A stretch of 64,000 bases of DNA from Geosiphon pyriformis uo1 (taxonomy: Eukaryota; Fungi; Glomeromycota): NCBI GenBank assembly GCA_016748015.1, contig JAAOMT010000435.1, positions 227,223 to 291,222 on the forward strand, in the 5' to 3' direction. Below are positions 24,180 through 36,786 of this stretch, one piece after another. The position numbers were made by a program, and so were the translations under genes. The notes below the pieces were generated by a model. The model searched no databases. It worked only from the letters and a program-made list of their open reading frames with translations, and had not been told where the DNA came from. Position 1 is the first letter of the stretch; the number at the start of each line of letters is the position of its first letter.

Positions 24180-25940
24180 TGAGAAGGATGAACATTGGGA
24201 ACCAAACCAGCATTGTCAATTTTGGCCAAGAGACCCATAACTGTGACTGAAAGATTGTGCAGAGTTTTCTCTATTTTAGAAACAACTGAAGGATCAAAAA
24301 CCGCCACTTCCACAATAGTTTCACCACTAGTGGCCACACCTGAACTCTCATTCATCACTATATCTGCCCCTTGATTCTGTGATGAAAAGGTCACTAATGG
24401 CTAACATCCAGGGCTAGGCTGGGAAACCATTGGTCCAGGTGAGTCCAACCTCTTAGCCAACTTGTCCACGCATTCCACGAGGCTGGCAAAACTATGCTCA
24501 AGAGCAGCAAATCTATTATTTAATTTCACAGACACCAATAGAGTAGGTTTTATCTCTAAAGAGAAACCAGAAAAAGCTGATTCATCACATACAGGGAGAG
24601 AAGAGAAAGAAGACCCACCAACAATATTGGCCCATGAAATGCCACCAAAAGACACAGGATGAAAGATTAGAGCAGAGTGCTTTGCATAGATAGAAGCCAG
24701 CCTGCTTTTATTACTCTCAGACAATATCCTGCGAGCTAGTCCACCAGAGGAAGTTTTCTTATTCACAGAACAATCCAGAGATGTATGACCCAAATTCTCA
24801 TACTTAACACACTTAGCAGAATCCAGGTAAGCTCAACACAGATTGGCACCCTTCAAGACAGGTGTGGTTCTCATAACTGCATTAATTAAAGCAGCAGAGT
24901 CAAAACAGACAATAGCACACCTGGTCCAGACATATGTAACAAGGTGTCGATCAATGACACATGTTTTCTCACCTACAGAACTAATGAAGTCCCAGATATC
25001 ATGTGCATTAGTGCCTATTGGCAGTGTATAGAGCAAAGCCCTATGCTGATCTCTTGTGTTCCATGATTCCTTGTCCGAATTAGCCTTAGCCACTTTTACA
25101 GCATCTTTCCTGATCAAGATGGACCATCTAGCTGCGACCAAATCAGCTTGATCCAATTGGACAAATTCAACTACTGTCTTTTGCCATAGCCCTACCAATT
25201 GCATTTTGATTAACACAACAGAACCAAATTCAGAAAGTGCAGCATGCACAGTCTCAACTAATGTTCCAACCAGAATTTTCTCCACCATCACAGCCCGATC
25301 TGAATAACCAGTTGGTTTCTTAAGATTAGTGTTAACTAAGATTTTTGCATCCCCAGCCTTTTTTGAAGCCTGCACCAAGCTCAATTCGGAAGTAAACGTT
25401 GCTCTAATAATCCCAGCAAATCTTGAGAAGGTAGAGGCCCCTCCAAAACCATTGATTCCTGAAAATAATTTCCTGACTGCAGAAAGTTTCTCTTGAGAGG
25501 ATTTCCCAGTCACTTTTTTTAACCCAATATCCAAAGCAAATGACTTTTGAACAGGAACATTAACCAGATTTTTCAAAGGAAAAGGAAGTTCTAAATAACC
25601 ACCTGACAGAACATTATCATTACTATTATTGCTCAGAAAATTAATTTTAGTAACCACCTTAGGCCTTTTGGGTGTTTGGTTAACGTCTTTTTCTTTCAAA
25701 AGATTACTTTTGCCATAATCAACACTAGTCTTCTCAATCAAAAACTCCTCTTCTATGTTCACACTGTTGGATTCAATGGTATCTCCAGCCTCAGACCCCC
25801 AAAAACCACCAACCGCTTTATCAGACACAACCATTTTTTGAGCAACACTGTTCTTTAGAACACCACCTTTTTTTTTTTTCTAGAAGCAATGTCTTTACTA
25901 ACAGTATCAGCACTAAAGCTTTTGGCAGACTTCTTTATTA
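24176..25940 (-). pseudogene. LINE-2 ORF1 (RRM-like segments, CCHC knuckle, coiled-coil C-terminus)
   Basis: ORFs 24833-25834, 24401-24793 and 24176-24394 are consecutive pieces; ALSEFGSVVLIKMQL..TVVEF and LLYTLPIGT..CAIVCFDS RRM-like; decayed knuckle KCVKYENLGHTSLDC. Confidence 0.85.
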
Positions 25941-27552
25941 CAGCAATACTGGGACCAACAATGGTCTTGTAATCAAGCAGAAACAGTTTGGATTTATTGT
26001 ACTGAATTGTAAAAAAACTTCTTTTTCAAAAAACTTATGACTCTTTTTTAGGAATTTGGGATGAAGGAGAGAAAGAAGTTTTTTTTTTATTATGTTATCT
26101 AATAATTTATAATATATTATTGTTTAATTTATGTTATATTTAACTACTAATTGTTTTTTATATTACTTTATGAATAATATTATTTCTTTTTTTTTAATAT
26201 TAAGTTCTAACAAAATTTAATAGATTTTTTTTTAAATAAACCCAATTATTAAAATGTTGAAAATTTTTACTTTCAGTTTTTCAAATTGCAAATCGATTAT
26301 TTCCAGTTGGTTTATTGTTAATAACTCTATAATTGGATGTAATAATATTTTGCAATATTTTTAGAACATAAAATATAGCCAATATATAGTTTTTAAATGT
26401 GTTATCAAGTTGTTTTTTTCAATAAAGTGTTATATTTGTTGTACTATTGCTTTATTAAATACTTATTTGAACTTATTAGCTATTGTTTTAAATAATAATA
26501 ACAATATGTTATTAAAAATTATTTATTTCAAAATTTTTACTTGTTTTTTATTAGTTTTCTAAATTAAATTATTATTAATAAATCTGTAAAAGTTTTTTTC
26601 ATATTATTATTTAATTGTATTTATGTTTTATTATATATCATTATTTTGGAGAATTTTTTTAAGTGTTTTTATAATAAATTTCTTGAGTATTAATTGTTAT
26701 TTTTAATGTTTAATTTTTTGGCTTTTAATAATTAAAACAGTTATTAAACAAGTAAATGAATATTTTTTGTAATTTTTATTTTGGTTGACTTTTTTGTTAT
26801 ATATTAATAGTATTTATATACTTTTTTGTAATTTAATTTTTGAATATGTTGGCTGTAATAATTATGATTGGTTTTAAATCTTATAAAATTTTATCTAAAT
26901 TAACCAGTATTTTTTTATTCTCAATTGTAATACACTAAATAATAATAATAATTTAATATAATACAGTTTTAATTAATTATTATGTATTATTTTGATTAAA
27001 ACTTTGTTTTTTAATCATAATTTAATGTTTTATTTTCAAGTATTTTTTTAAAAAAAAATTAAATTTTCTAATAAAAAATAAAATTTTCTATTTTATTGGT
27101 TTTTATTTTGATATAATATGATAATACTTTGTTTCTAATTCAAAATTTAATTGGTTTATTAACAATTAATTATTATGTTTTTTTTTGTTTTTTTGTAAAG
27201 TTTCTATTTTTTAAAGTTTTTATTAAGTTATATAATTGTTTTAATAATGTTTTTTGAAATATGGCTTTTGTTATTAATTTAATTATATATTTTTTATTTT
27301 AATTAATAGTATTATTATTTTATTATATACTAATTTGAATAGTATTATTTGTATTTTATCTTGTTTTATTTTTTCTAATTTTTTTGGCTAATTTTTATTA
27401 ATGCTTTATATAATATTTCAATAAATTTTGGTAGATACAAATTATGGGTTTTCTCAGATTTAAGTATATATAGTATACATATAATAAAAATAAATATAAT
27501 ATTATTAAAAAATAAATTTATTTGTATATTCTTATAAAAATTTTTAAATAAT

Positions 27553-29150
27553 TTATACAATATTAAAAAAACTTATAAAAGTTGTTTGTTTTTGTTTATC
27601 TTGTATTTTTTTAAAAAATATATATTTAATATAAGCAAGTTTATTAATTTTATTATAAAATTTCTTGCTATTTTTAAGCTCTATAAACTGTTTAAGATTT
27701 GTAATAGCAGTTAATACATTTTTAATACTTATTACTTTCTGTACTTTTTGTTTTTTATCAGAGCTATCATGTTTTGTTTTATAATTTGTTATAATATAAT
27801 TTACAATCTCATCATTATCTAAATGTTTCAAAGTAATTATATTGTTTTCTTCAGATAAATTTACTAATTTTTTAATTGATAAGTATATACAATTTGGCTG
27901 TATACAATTAAACTTTTTGTAATAATTTTTAATTTTTTTTAATGTTATCTTTTAATTATAATTAGCTATTATTTCCAAATTTACAGTTTTATTCTGAAAG
28001 TTATTATTTGTATTAATTGAAAAAATGTCAACTTTGTGTTAGCAATAAGTGATTATTTTATTTGAAACATTTTTTTATGCTCTATAAATTAGACATATTG
28101 CTTAAAGTTAGTTGATTATATAAATATTATTGGCATTATTATCAAAGAAATCTAATGTAAAATAAAAAAAATAACAACAATAATGTGCTTTAAAACGATA
28201 AATAATTCCAGTATTTATAAGCTAAATATGTGCTGTTAAGTTAAATACAAACTATTTTATATGAATATTTATAATAAATCTCATATTATAGTTGTGATCT
28301 GCAAAATTATCTATTAAAAACAATATGTTTTGTTTTTTTTATACAACTAATAGTTTCAATCAACAAGTTATTATCAAAAAATATTACCAGTTATTTAAAT
28401 ATAAGTGTTTGAATAATACTAAAAACAAAGTTGTTCTTCTGTTTTCTTTTAAAAATAGTAGGATATTTAGTATAACCAATAATAAGTGGTAGCAAACATT
28501 TAGTTTTATTAGCATTGATTGTAAAAACAAGTGTTAGTGACACTTTTAATTGTTTAATGCTATGATATAGTATTATAACAAGACCTTAATTTAGTGATAT
28601 AACATAAAATAATACAGTTTTATCTATATTGAAAATATTGCATAACTTTTAATCAGCAAGAAATATTATTATATGCACTTATTTATTTTTAATATACTTA
28701 ATAATGGCTGATAATACTTATTATAAAAGTAAAGTAAATACAATTTAATATGGTCTTTAAAGCTTTTAAGTCAGCTATTAAATAGTTTTTAGTACTTATT
28801 TTCTGGAATATTTAATTAATTATAGAACTTTATGCCAACAGCTCAAATTACATTTTCAATAAGTATTATTTTATGAGATTTTATCTCTTAAACAAAAATA
28901 ACAAGTGCTTTATTAAAGTAAAAATTATATTCTGTACATATATATTTGCTAGTCAAATCATGTATTGTATTTGCTTATGGACAAAAATTTGGTTTATTTT
29001 TGACTCATGCCGAAACTAAAGACTGTTTTATGTATAAAAAACTGTTTTTTTTAAAGTTCCTTGCAGTTTTTAATTGGTTTTTATTATTTGTATAATATTA
29101 ATTAAGCACTATAAACTTATTATAAAGTATAGTATTCTCATAACTTTGTA
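27553..29150 (-). pseudogene. pogo-family transposase (CENP-B HTH + DDE_1), decayed
   Basis: LFNS*LKSFKDHI (SxGWLxxFKxR), NIFNIDKTVLFY (~28600-28640; FNxDETxLF), LIDNFADHN (~28290-28320), NLTAHI*LINTGII (~28200-28240; QPxDxGII), C-terminal KQKQTTFISFF. Confidence 0.82.
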
Positions 29151-29254
29151 GAACTCAAGCTAAAAAAATAATATGCTTTTTGTTATTAAACATAGTAGAA
29201 TCAAAAAGCAAAAGAAAAATATGATTAAAATTTTAATTAGATAGGGCTGATCCA

Positions 29255-29747
29255 AAAATCTGACTTGATTATTTACATAATTGATAATAATTTAAAACTT
29301 GAAACAATTCAAAACTCTGATTTAATTATTTATACAATTAATAATAATTTAGAGCTTAAAACAATTTGAAACTCTGACTTGATTACTTATACAATTAATA
29401 ATAATTTAGAACTTGAAACAATTTAAAACTTCAATTTAATTATTCACAAGATTAGTAATAATTTAAAACTTGAAACAATTCGAAATTCCAACTTGATTAC
29501 TCATGTAATCAATAATAATTTAGAACTTAAAACAATTTAAAACTTCGACTTAATTATTCACAAGGTTAGTAATAATTTAAAACTTGAAACAATTCGAAAC
29601 TCTGACTTGATTACTCATACAATCAATAATAATTTAGAACTTAGAACAATTTAAAATTCTGACTTGATTACTCACACAATTGATGATAATTTAAAACTTG
29701 AGACAATTTGAAACTCTGACTTAATTACTTACATAATTAATAATTAT
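29255..29747. repeat. 57-bp minisatellite, ~8.6 copies, inside the pogo element
   Basis: Unit aactctgacttgattactcatacaatcaataataatttagaacttgaaacaattcga recurs at exact 57-bp spacing (29260, 29317, 29374 ... 29716). Confidence 0.95.
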
Positions 29748-32700
29748 TCTGTTAAATAAATAATATTACATTATTATATAGCATTTTTAGTCATAGAAAT
29801 ATTGTTTTGTTTTATTGCAATTTTACTAGAATTAGCAAAATTTAAACTAAATTTAGCATTTGAGATAACCCATACTAATAGTAAAAAGTTATGGGTTATA
29901 AACATAGAAATTTTTTAACTACCAAATTAATAGATTTAAAATGCTATGACTTATCACAAGTTATAGGTTATCTTAGTATAGATTATCTCAGATTTGACTG
30001 TAATATAATAATAAAATTTTTTTTTATTCTAAATTTTTGACTTAATTTGGCCAATATTTTGTTTAAAAAATGAATTTTTTGGTTTAATAATAGTTTTTTT
30101 AAAAATTTATATTGGTATATTAAATTTTGATAAACAAATTCAACTATTGATTTTGTATTAATTTTTTGAATAACTTTAGTATTTGGCTATTTAGTAAGAT
30201 TATTTATAATAATTATAAACAATAATTTAATTAAATTAATTTTTATTTGTTTAAATATTTAATTAATTTAATTTTTTTTTTAATAAATATTATAATTTTG
30301 TATATATTAAATAATATCTGAATATATATTTGACCAATAATATAATTATTTAATTATTTTAATTATAACAATAGTGTTTTTTATCTGGTATTTTTATTAA
30401 TTATCAGTTTTTTTATAGTAATATTAAATTTTTGTAATTAATATAAACATTAAATAATTTATTAAGATATTTTTTCTATTTAAAAATGGTTCAATAGATT
30501 ATTAAGTATTTTAATGCTAAAATTTTATAGTTTTTTTTAATAAATTCAAGTTTTTGCTAATATATATTACTAAATGCTTTTAACTATTTGGTTTTATTAA
30601 AATAAAACTGTTTTTAATATGTCAGTTGTAATTTTAAATAGTTTATTATAATTTAAATAGATTAAAATTAAAGCTTTAATTAGTTTTTATCTTAAATATT
30701 TAAATATTTTTTATTATATAGCATTTTATTTATAACTGGTGTTATTTTTACAATTAATAAAGTAATTGAACAAAATACTGCCAAATTTTAAATAAATTAT
30801 TAATAATATCTAATTAGTTCCAAAAATATTTTTTAGTTTTATTAAGTTTTTAGGTCTTTGAAAATTTTTTATTTTTTTAATTTTGTTGAAATTAGTTTTA
30901 ATATTATTATTTTTTATATTATATTCTAATAATTTAAGCTCTGTTTTTTTAAAAAAACATTTATTGATATTAAGTTTTAGTTTTGTTTATTAGAACTGTT
31001 TGAAAACTTATTATAAATAATAAAAATATTTGTCAAATATTTGAAAAATATATTAGTATTGTTTAAATAAAAAATATCTGATTTTTTTAATAATTTCTAT
31101 TAATTATTAAAATATTGCTAATATATTGATCAAATTGAATAATATTATGCTAAATTTAAAGTTTTTTTTTAAGTAATAATTGTGGTTTTTTTATTAGTTG
31201 TATTTATAGCTATTTGTCAATATCTACTGTTTAAAAAATAATTATAAAATATATAAAGTTGAATATTTATTATTTTATGTAATAATATTAAATTTATAAT
31301 AGCTTACACAAAACCAAAATTTTTCGTTTTTTTTAAACTAATATCATTAATAATAACCATAAATTTATAAATAATTAAATTAATTTATTGTCTAATATTC
31401 AATTTATTTTTTGTTAAATAATTTTATAACTTATTAATAATATTTAATATGTTTTTTGTTTTATTAATATAATATTTTTAGTTTTAATTTAATGTTAAAT
31501 AATATTGATTTTTCCAAATTTATTTTTATTAACAAAAATATTAGTTAAATAGTATTTTTTATTTTTATTTGTTAAAATAAATTTAAGTTTTTTAAGTTTA
31601 TTATCTTTAATTATTTTGTTTAGAACAAATAGCATTTTTTAGTTTTTGTCCAAATTTGTGATATAAAATCCACATATTTATATAATTGTAAAATATTTAG
31701 AACATAAAATAATAACTGTTTTTTACTTTTTAGATTTAAATATCTAATAATCATGTTAATTAAAAATTTTACATAGCTTTTAATAATATTATAAATTAAA
31801 TTTAAAATTTTTTTGTGGTTTTTGGCTAATATATATATATTAATAATAATAATAAATTTATTTTGACATATTATTAATTCTGTTTCAAAAATTAAGAACT
31901 GGTTTTTGATTTTTTAAGATACTTTTTATAAATAATATTAATATAGTAAAATAAAATTAAAACATTAAATCTTTTTTTTGATTTTTTAATTGTAACAAGA
32001 ATATAGATTTTTCAAAAAAATAATTTTTCGTATTTTTTGTTTCTTTATATCTTCTAATTATTTTTTTAACACATCTTTATTTGTGGCTATAGAATAAAAA
32101 AATATTTTTATTAATAAGTTTGGTTTTAGTTTAACTGAGTTGGAGATCTAGTTTAAAAAAAATATTTTAAGAATACTCACTTTTGTGGTATATCTTATAA
32201 AAAACCAAAAAAATCTGTTAATAGTAATATAGTTAAGTTGTTAACTAGCACTTTAAAAGTTGTAAGTATAAAAATTGATAGCATTGGATCTATAAAGTCT
32301 TGAAACAATAAAGTCAATAGTAAAATAAGCAGTATTAATAAATTTTTAGATGTTAAAAACATAAAAAACATATTAATTAAAGAAATTAATTATGCAACTT
32401 TAAACTTGAAAATAAATAATGTGATAAATAATGCTAAGCTTAGAAAAATACATATCATAACATATGTTTTAAGTAATAAGCTGAAAAAAATTTCTTTTAA
32501 TAACTTAAATAATAATAATAACAATATTCTAAACCTCTCAGTTTTTAAGTTTATTGCCTCTAAACAATTATTAGTGATTGAATTATATGCTTTAAATAAA
32601 TAGAGTTTTAACATAATAAAATTTTTTACAATAGATATTAAGCTTTTTACTGTACTTAGAAAAACTTTTAATAATAAATTAATAATAGTAAAAAAAATTT

Positions 32701-34454
32701 TTATTATATTAATAGTTTTGAAAAAATATTTACTCTTTTAAAATTTCCAAAAATTATTAAATTATTTTTATTTTAAAATTAAATCTAAATAAAGCTAAAA
32801 AATTTATTATCAATAAAAATATTTTGGTAAATACCAATGTTAAAAAAATAAAAAACTGCTTAAAAAGTAATTAAAAAAATTTTAATTAATTTTTTTAAAT
32901 TAACTATAATATTAGTTTTTTCTAAATTTGGTAAGATTATATTACTTAGAATACAACTTATTAATCTTTGGCAAAAGACTTTAATAAAATTTAAGTTATT
33001 TGAAATTATCAATTTGGTTACAACTATGTAGTCAATACTAATAAAAAAAATTCTGTCTGTATAACTAAAACTATTAATGATAAACAAATATAGATATCTA
33101 AAAATTTCTATTGAGTATTGTTATATATATTGTTAATTAACACAAATATTCATGATTTTTTTGATTTGTTGACATATTATAATAAAAAAAACTTGTATTA
33201 TTGATTACAATCCAGAAATATATGAGTATATTAGGTGTGTTATTGTTTGTTTTGCTGATAAAGCTTTAAAAAAAACTGCTATTAGTTCTGTTTTAGTCTT
33301 TAAAAAGTGAGTTTATATTAGACTGACTTATTATTAATTTGTTATACTTAATATAAACAATTTGTTTATATTTCTAATATATACTCAACTAATAAAAATT
33401 CGGATAATTGCAATAAGAAGTTGATTAATTTTTAAAATTAAGTAAAATTAGCCAATATATATAAGAAAAAACAAATACCAATTACATATTTAGTCTTATT
33501 TAGTAAAAAAATATAAATTTAAGTTGTTAATAGTTCTTTTTTTTAGATAATGTTTTTGGTTTTTCTTAGAGCAGATTTATTTTTAAATATTAAATTTCTT
33601 TTACTAATATTTTTGGAAATAAACAATAAATTTATTACTCTTAAATACAACTTTATTAATCTTGTAAAACAGATTAAAAAGTTGGCTAAAAAGTTGGATA
33701 TACTTAAATTAACAATTTTTTAGTCTAATTATAGATGTTTGCCATTAATAACTTTTTTATTACAGAATCAATAAACAGATATAATAATGAATAAGAGTTT
33801 AAATATAATTACTAATAGTAAAACTATAACAAAAATAATTTTTTTTAATCTATTAATTATCTTTAAATTGAAAAATAACATGAATAATTTGTTAAAAATA
33901 GTAATAAGCTTTTTAATTAAAATAGATAATATTAGTTTAAATTCAAGTAGTCTTTCTTTTTAATAACTGATTTTATCTGAAATATTGCTATATGTAATAT
34001 TAGAAATATTAATATTCTGATTAAACAAAAAAATATTATTTATTAACATTTAAAATTAGAAAATATAAAATTTTTATTATAAAAACAAAGTTAAAATCTA
34101 ATATTAGGTTTTAAATTATAAACAAGTTTAATAAAATTTAAATTTTTACATCTAATTTAAATAAAAATCTTTTTGATATTGATATGACTATTATTATAAC
34201 CAATTTTTTGGCTTGTTATGTTTTAAAAGTAAAAAAAATTTTTGATCAAATTATTTCAGTCTATTTTTTGTTTAAAAATAAACTTTTAGTCATTGTTTTA
34301 GATTTGTATATTAATGTTTTTATTAAAACTAGATTTAATTAGATATCAAAAATCAATTTACTTATTGTCAAAGCAATTAATACTAGCTTTTTTGTGATTT
34401 TAGATGAAAATTTCAATAAAAATAAGTCTAAAAAAAGTACAAGTTTCAAGTTTT

Positions 34455-36786
34455 TTTTTTTTTTTAATGTTTTAACAAAGTGTGCCCAAACACTATTTAA
34501 TACACTGCACCACTATGGGATTACAAATTAGATGTGTTTCACACTTTTTCTACATATGACTAATCACCTGAGTTAATCAAAACACTAACTAAGCTGAATC
34601 AAAAGAAATCGGGAGAAAACTCAGCTTACCAAAGTCTCTCAATAATACCATTCAAATTTCTGGAATTAAAAATAAACTCACTAAAAAACAATCTAGTTTT
34701 CTTACTGCAATCTTTAACTTCAGGATCACACATTTGCCACAAAGCAACTACATGGTTAATTGTATCCTCACTCAATAGAGAAGTCTTGGCAGCATCAATA
34801 TCATCAACATCAAGATTATCACACTCTACCTTAGCCTTAAGACTGGCAAAATCCTTAGACATACCAACCAAAAGATTAGCAAAGCCCTTAAAGGCATTAC
34901 ACATAGTCAGGAAATTTTTTTTAATCTTTAGAGTCTTGACAGCATTATCATTCAAAAGAGTAGTAACTAAAGTAACTAAAGAACCAATTGGTTCAATAAC
35001 AGACTTAACCAAAACAGTCAGATCCAAAATCTGCTTCTTCATAGAATTCAACCTAAGCTCAACAGCAGAGTCAGCAATGAGAGCAGCAAAGGATGTAGCA
35101 AGTGAAGGAGCCAGCAGATCCAAAACCACCAAAGAAGGAAATCCAGAAACATTTAGAGGGGCGGAAATTTTAGCATAAAAAACATTACTTACAACATGTG
35201 GATTGAATACTTTGGAAGTCTTGGGAGGAGAAGGCAAGAACATTTTACAGTCAACAGCCAGATGGCCAGTCTCTTGGCACCTAAAACAGTGCTTACAACT
35301 AGGAGTTTCCCACCAAATACAGCATTTTTTCAGTGTACCAGTTTTGATAATAGCAAGATCCAAATTAGTTTGAGAGCCAAATGTGACCAAAGCAAAGCAG
35401 AAACAATGACCAGAATCAGGAGACCAAGGAATAAAACAAGTTCAACCACCAACTTGAAAAATCATATCACTGATTTCAAAGGCAGTGCAGCCAGGAGAAA
35501 AGTTGACCAACTTGGCCTTAAACCTATTATAAAACACAATTGATTCTTGTTGATTTACCAAAAAAAGGATTCGAACACTATTTTTGTCCACCAAAACTGA
35601 CCAGTGATTAAGAACAGATATAACAGCAGCCAAATTCTCAAAATAAACCACCACATATTGCCAAATGCTAGCAGGCTTCAGCACAACACAAGTAACCACA
35701 CCAAAAACACTTAAAGCTGTCTTAATGTCAGCAGCAAATACACCCAAGGATATATTATATAGCACAACAGCAGCAGAAAGGGGACCAGACTCAGAAACTA
35801 CCAAAGACTTGGCAATTTTGAGAGTGGCCAAATGTACAGAGCTTGTAAGCTCGACCAAAAATGCACCTTCCAAAGATACTTAAGAAACAAACTCCACACA
35901 AAACAGTTTTACATTGTCTTTTAATACTGACTTTGCACTCAAGAAACCATGTACAGACTGAAAAACAGTCTTAACATGAGCCAATTTGATCTTAAAAGTA
36001 GTGTCAGGCACCAGAGTGAAGGCCACCCATCCAGCAAATTTTTGATGACTAGTAATAGTTTTCCAAGCACCACCAGAAGTAGCACCAGAAACTAGAGAAG
36101 GAGATGATTCAGTTTCTATTTGATCAGTCCAGTTCTCAAGAACAAGTAACCCAACAGGAGGAGATTGTTTTGCTTCCAGAACTGGCAAAGATCTGCTGAA
36201 AGACACCATATTTGGCAATATAGCCAGTGGTTGATCTTGACCTATCTTAGATGATGTGCCAGATGATGCTATAAAGATTTCATCTAAGATCTCATTGGGA
36301 ACCACAAAGAGATTCAGTGTAACAATAGCAGAGACAAGCAACTGCTCCCACTTTTCTGAACTTTTGGTCTTTTTGACCATTTTTTTTAAGAAGGTAGTGC
36401 TAGAAGCACCAGATGTAAAAGCTATAGAAGAAAAAACCAGCTTGTTGACTGGTCTATTATTAAACACTTTTGGGCTCTTAGTAGAAATGGAGGCAACACT
36501 GGGACTAATCCAAGTGTGTTTCTTTAAAGGAACTTTGACTGGTGAAAAACCAGCCAAAGATAAAAAGGTTGCTTCAGTGGCCACCAAAGGCAGTTTATCA
36601 CGATTACAGGGTAATAGAAAGGCTTCTAAATATTCTGTCTAGTTGCTTCTATAACAGAGAGAACTTTTCTGGTTGAAATTTTATTAGATATCTTAGAACA
36701 GATATCAGATGCAGCTTTTTTACTCTTTGTTCTGGTCATGGTCATAAAATTAAGAAGACAAAGAGCTTTTCAAAATTTTTAAAATC
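34455..36786 (-). mobile_element. ORF1-only non-LTR retroposon ('half-LINE', HAL1-like) copy 1
   Basis: Poly(A) tail (T run to 34465); TSD tcaagtttt at 34446-34454 and 36787-36795; LINE-like 3' UTR; single ORF1-type frame; no EN/RT; LINE-3 endonuclease sequence is continuous across the site. Confidence 0.92.
34589..36745 (-). pseudogene. Half-LINE ORF1 (~700 codons: low-complexity N-terminus, RRM-like segments, CCHC, helical C-terminus)
   Basis: Starts MTMTRTKSKKAA; ORFs 35880-36587, 35442-35873 and 34626-35390 are consecutive pieces; CFRCQETGHLAVDC knuckle; breaks include CAA>TAA and CGA>TGA type stops. Confidence 0.85.

Larger units (their letters stand above)
19351..26078 (-). mobile_element. 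LINE copy 2, near full length, least decayed autonomous-type copy
   Basis: 52-nt poly(A) tail (T19351-19402), 3' UTR 19403-19525, ORF2, ORF1, pyrimidine-rich 5' end cttctttctctccttcatccc; clearly higher GC than neighbours but CpG-poor. Confidence 0.95.
27438..30000 (-). mobile_element. pogo/Tigger-type (Tc1-mariner superfamily) DNA transposon in Gypsy-2 integrase
   Basis: Right end ...ttatctcagatttgactg|TA (CAGT terminus + TA); subterminal 15-bp motif agtatgggttatctc in both orientations (29861, 29887, 29961, 29976, 27441); Gypsy IN homology stops at ~27437 and resumes at 30001; left TIR largely lost. Confidence 0.85.

Noticed and set aside
19800-25858. Numerous plus-strand ORFs over LINE-2 (and 34786-36642 over half-LINE 1)
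   Set aside because: Antisense shadows of the retroposon ORFs with no independent motifs
29255-29747. CRISPR-like regular array
   Set aside because: Units are contiguous tandem copies without unique spacers; no cas genes; eukaryotic TE context
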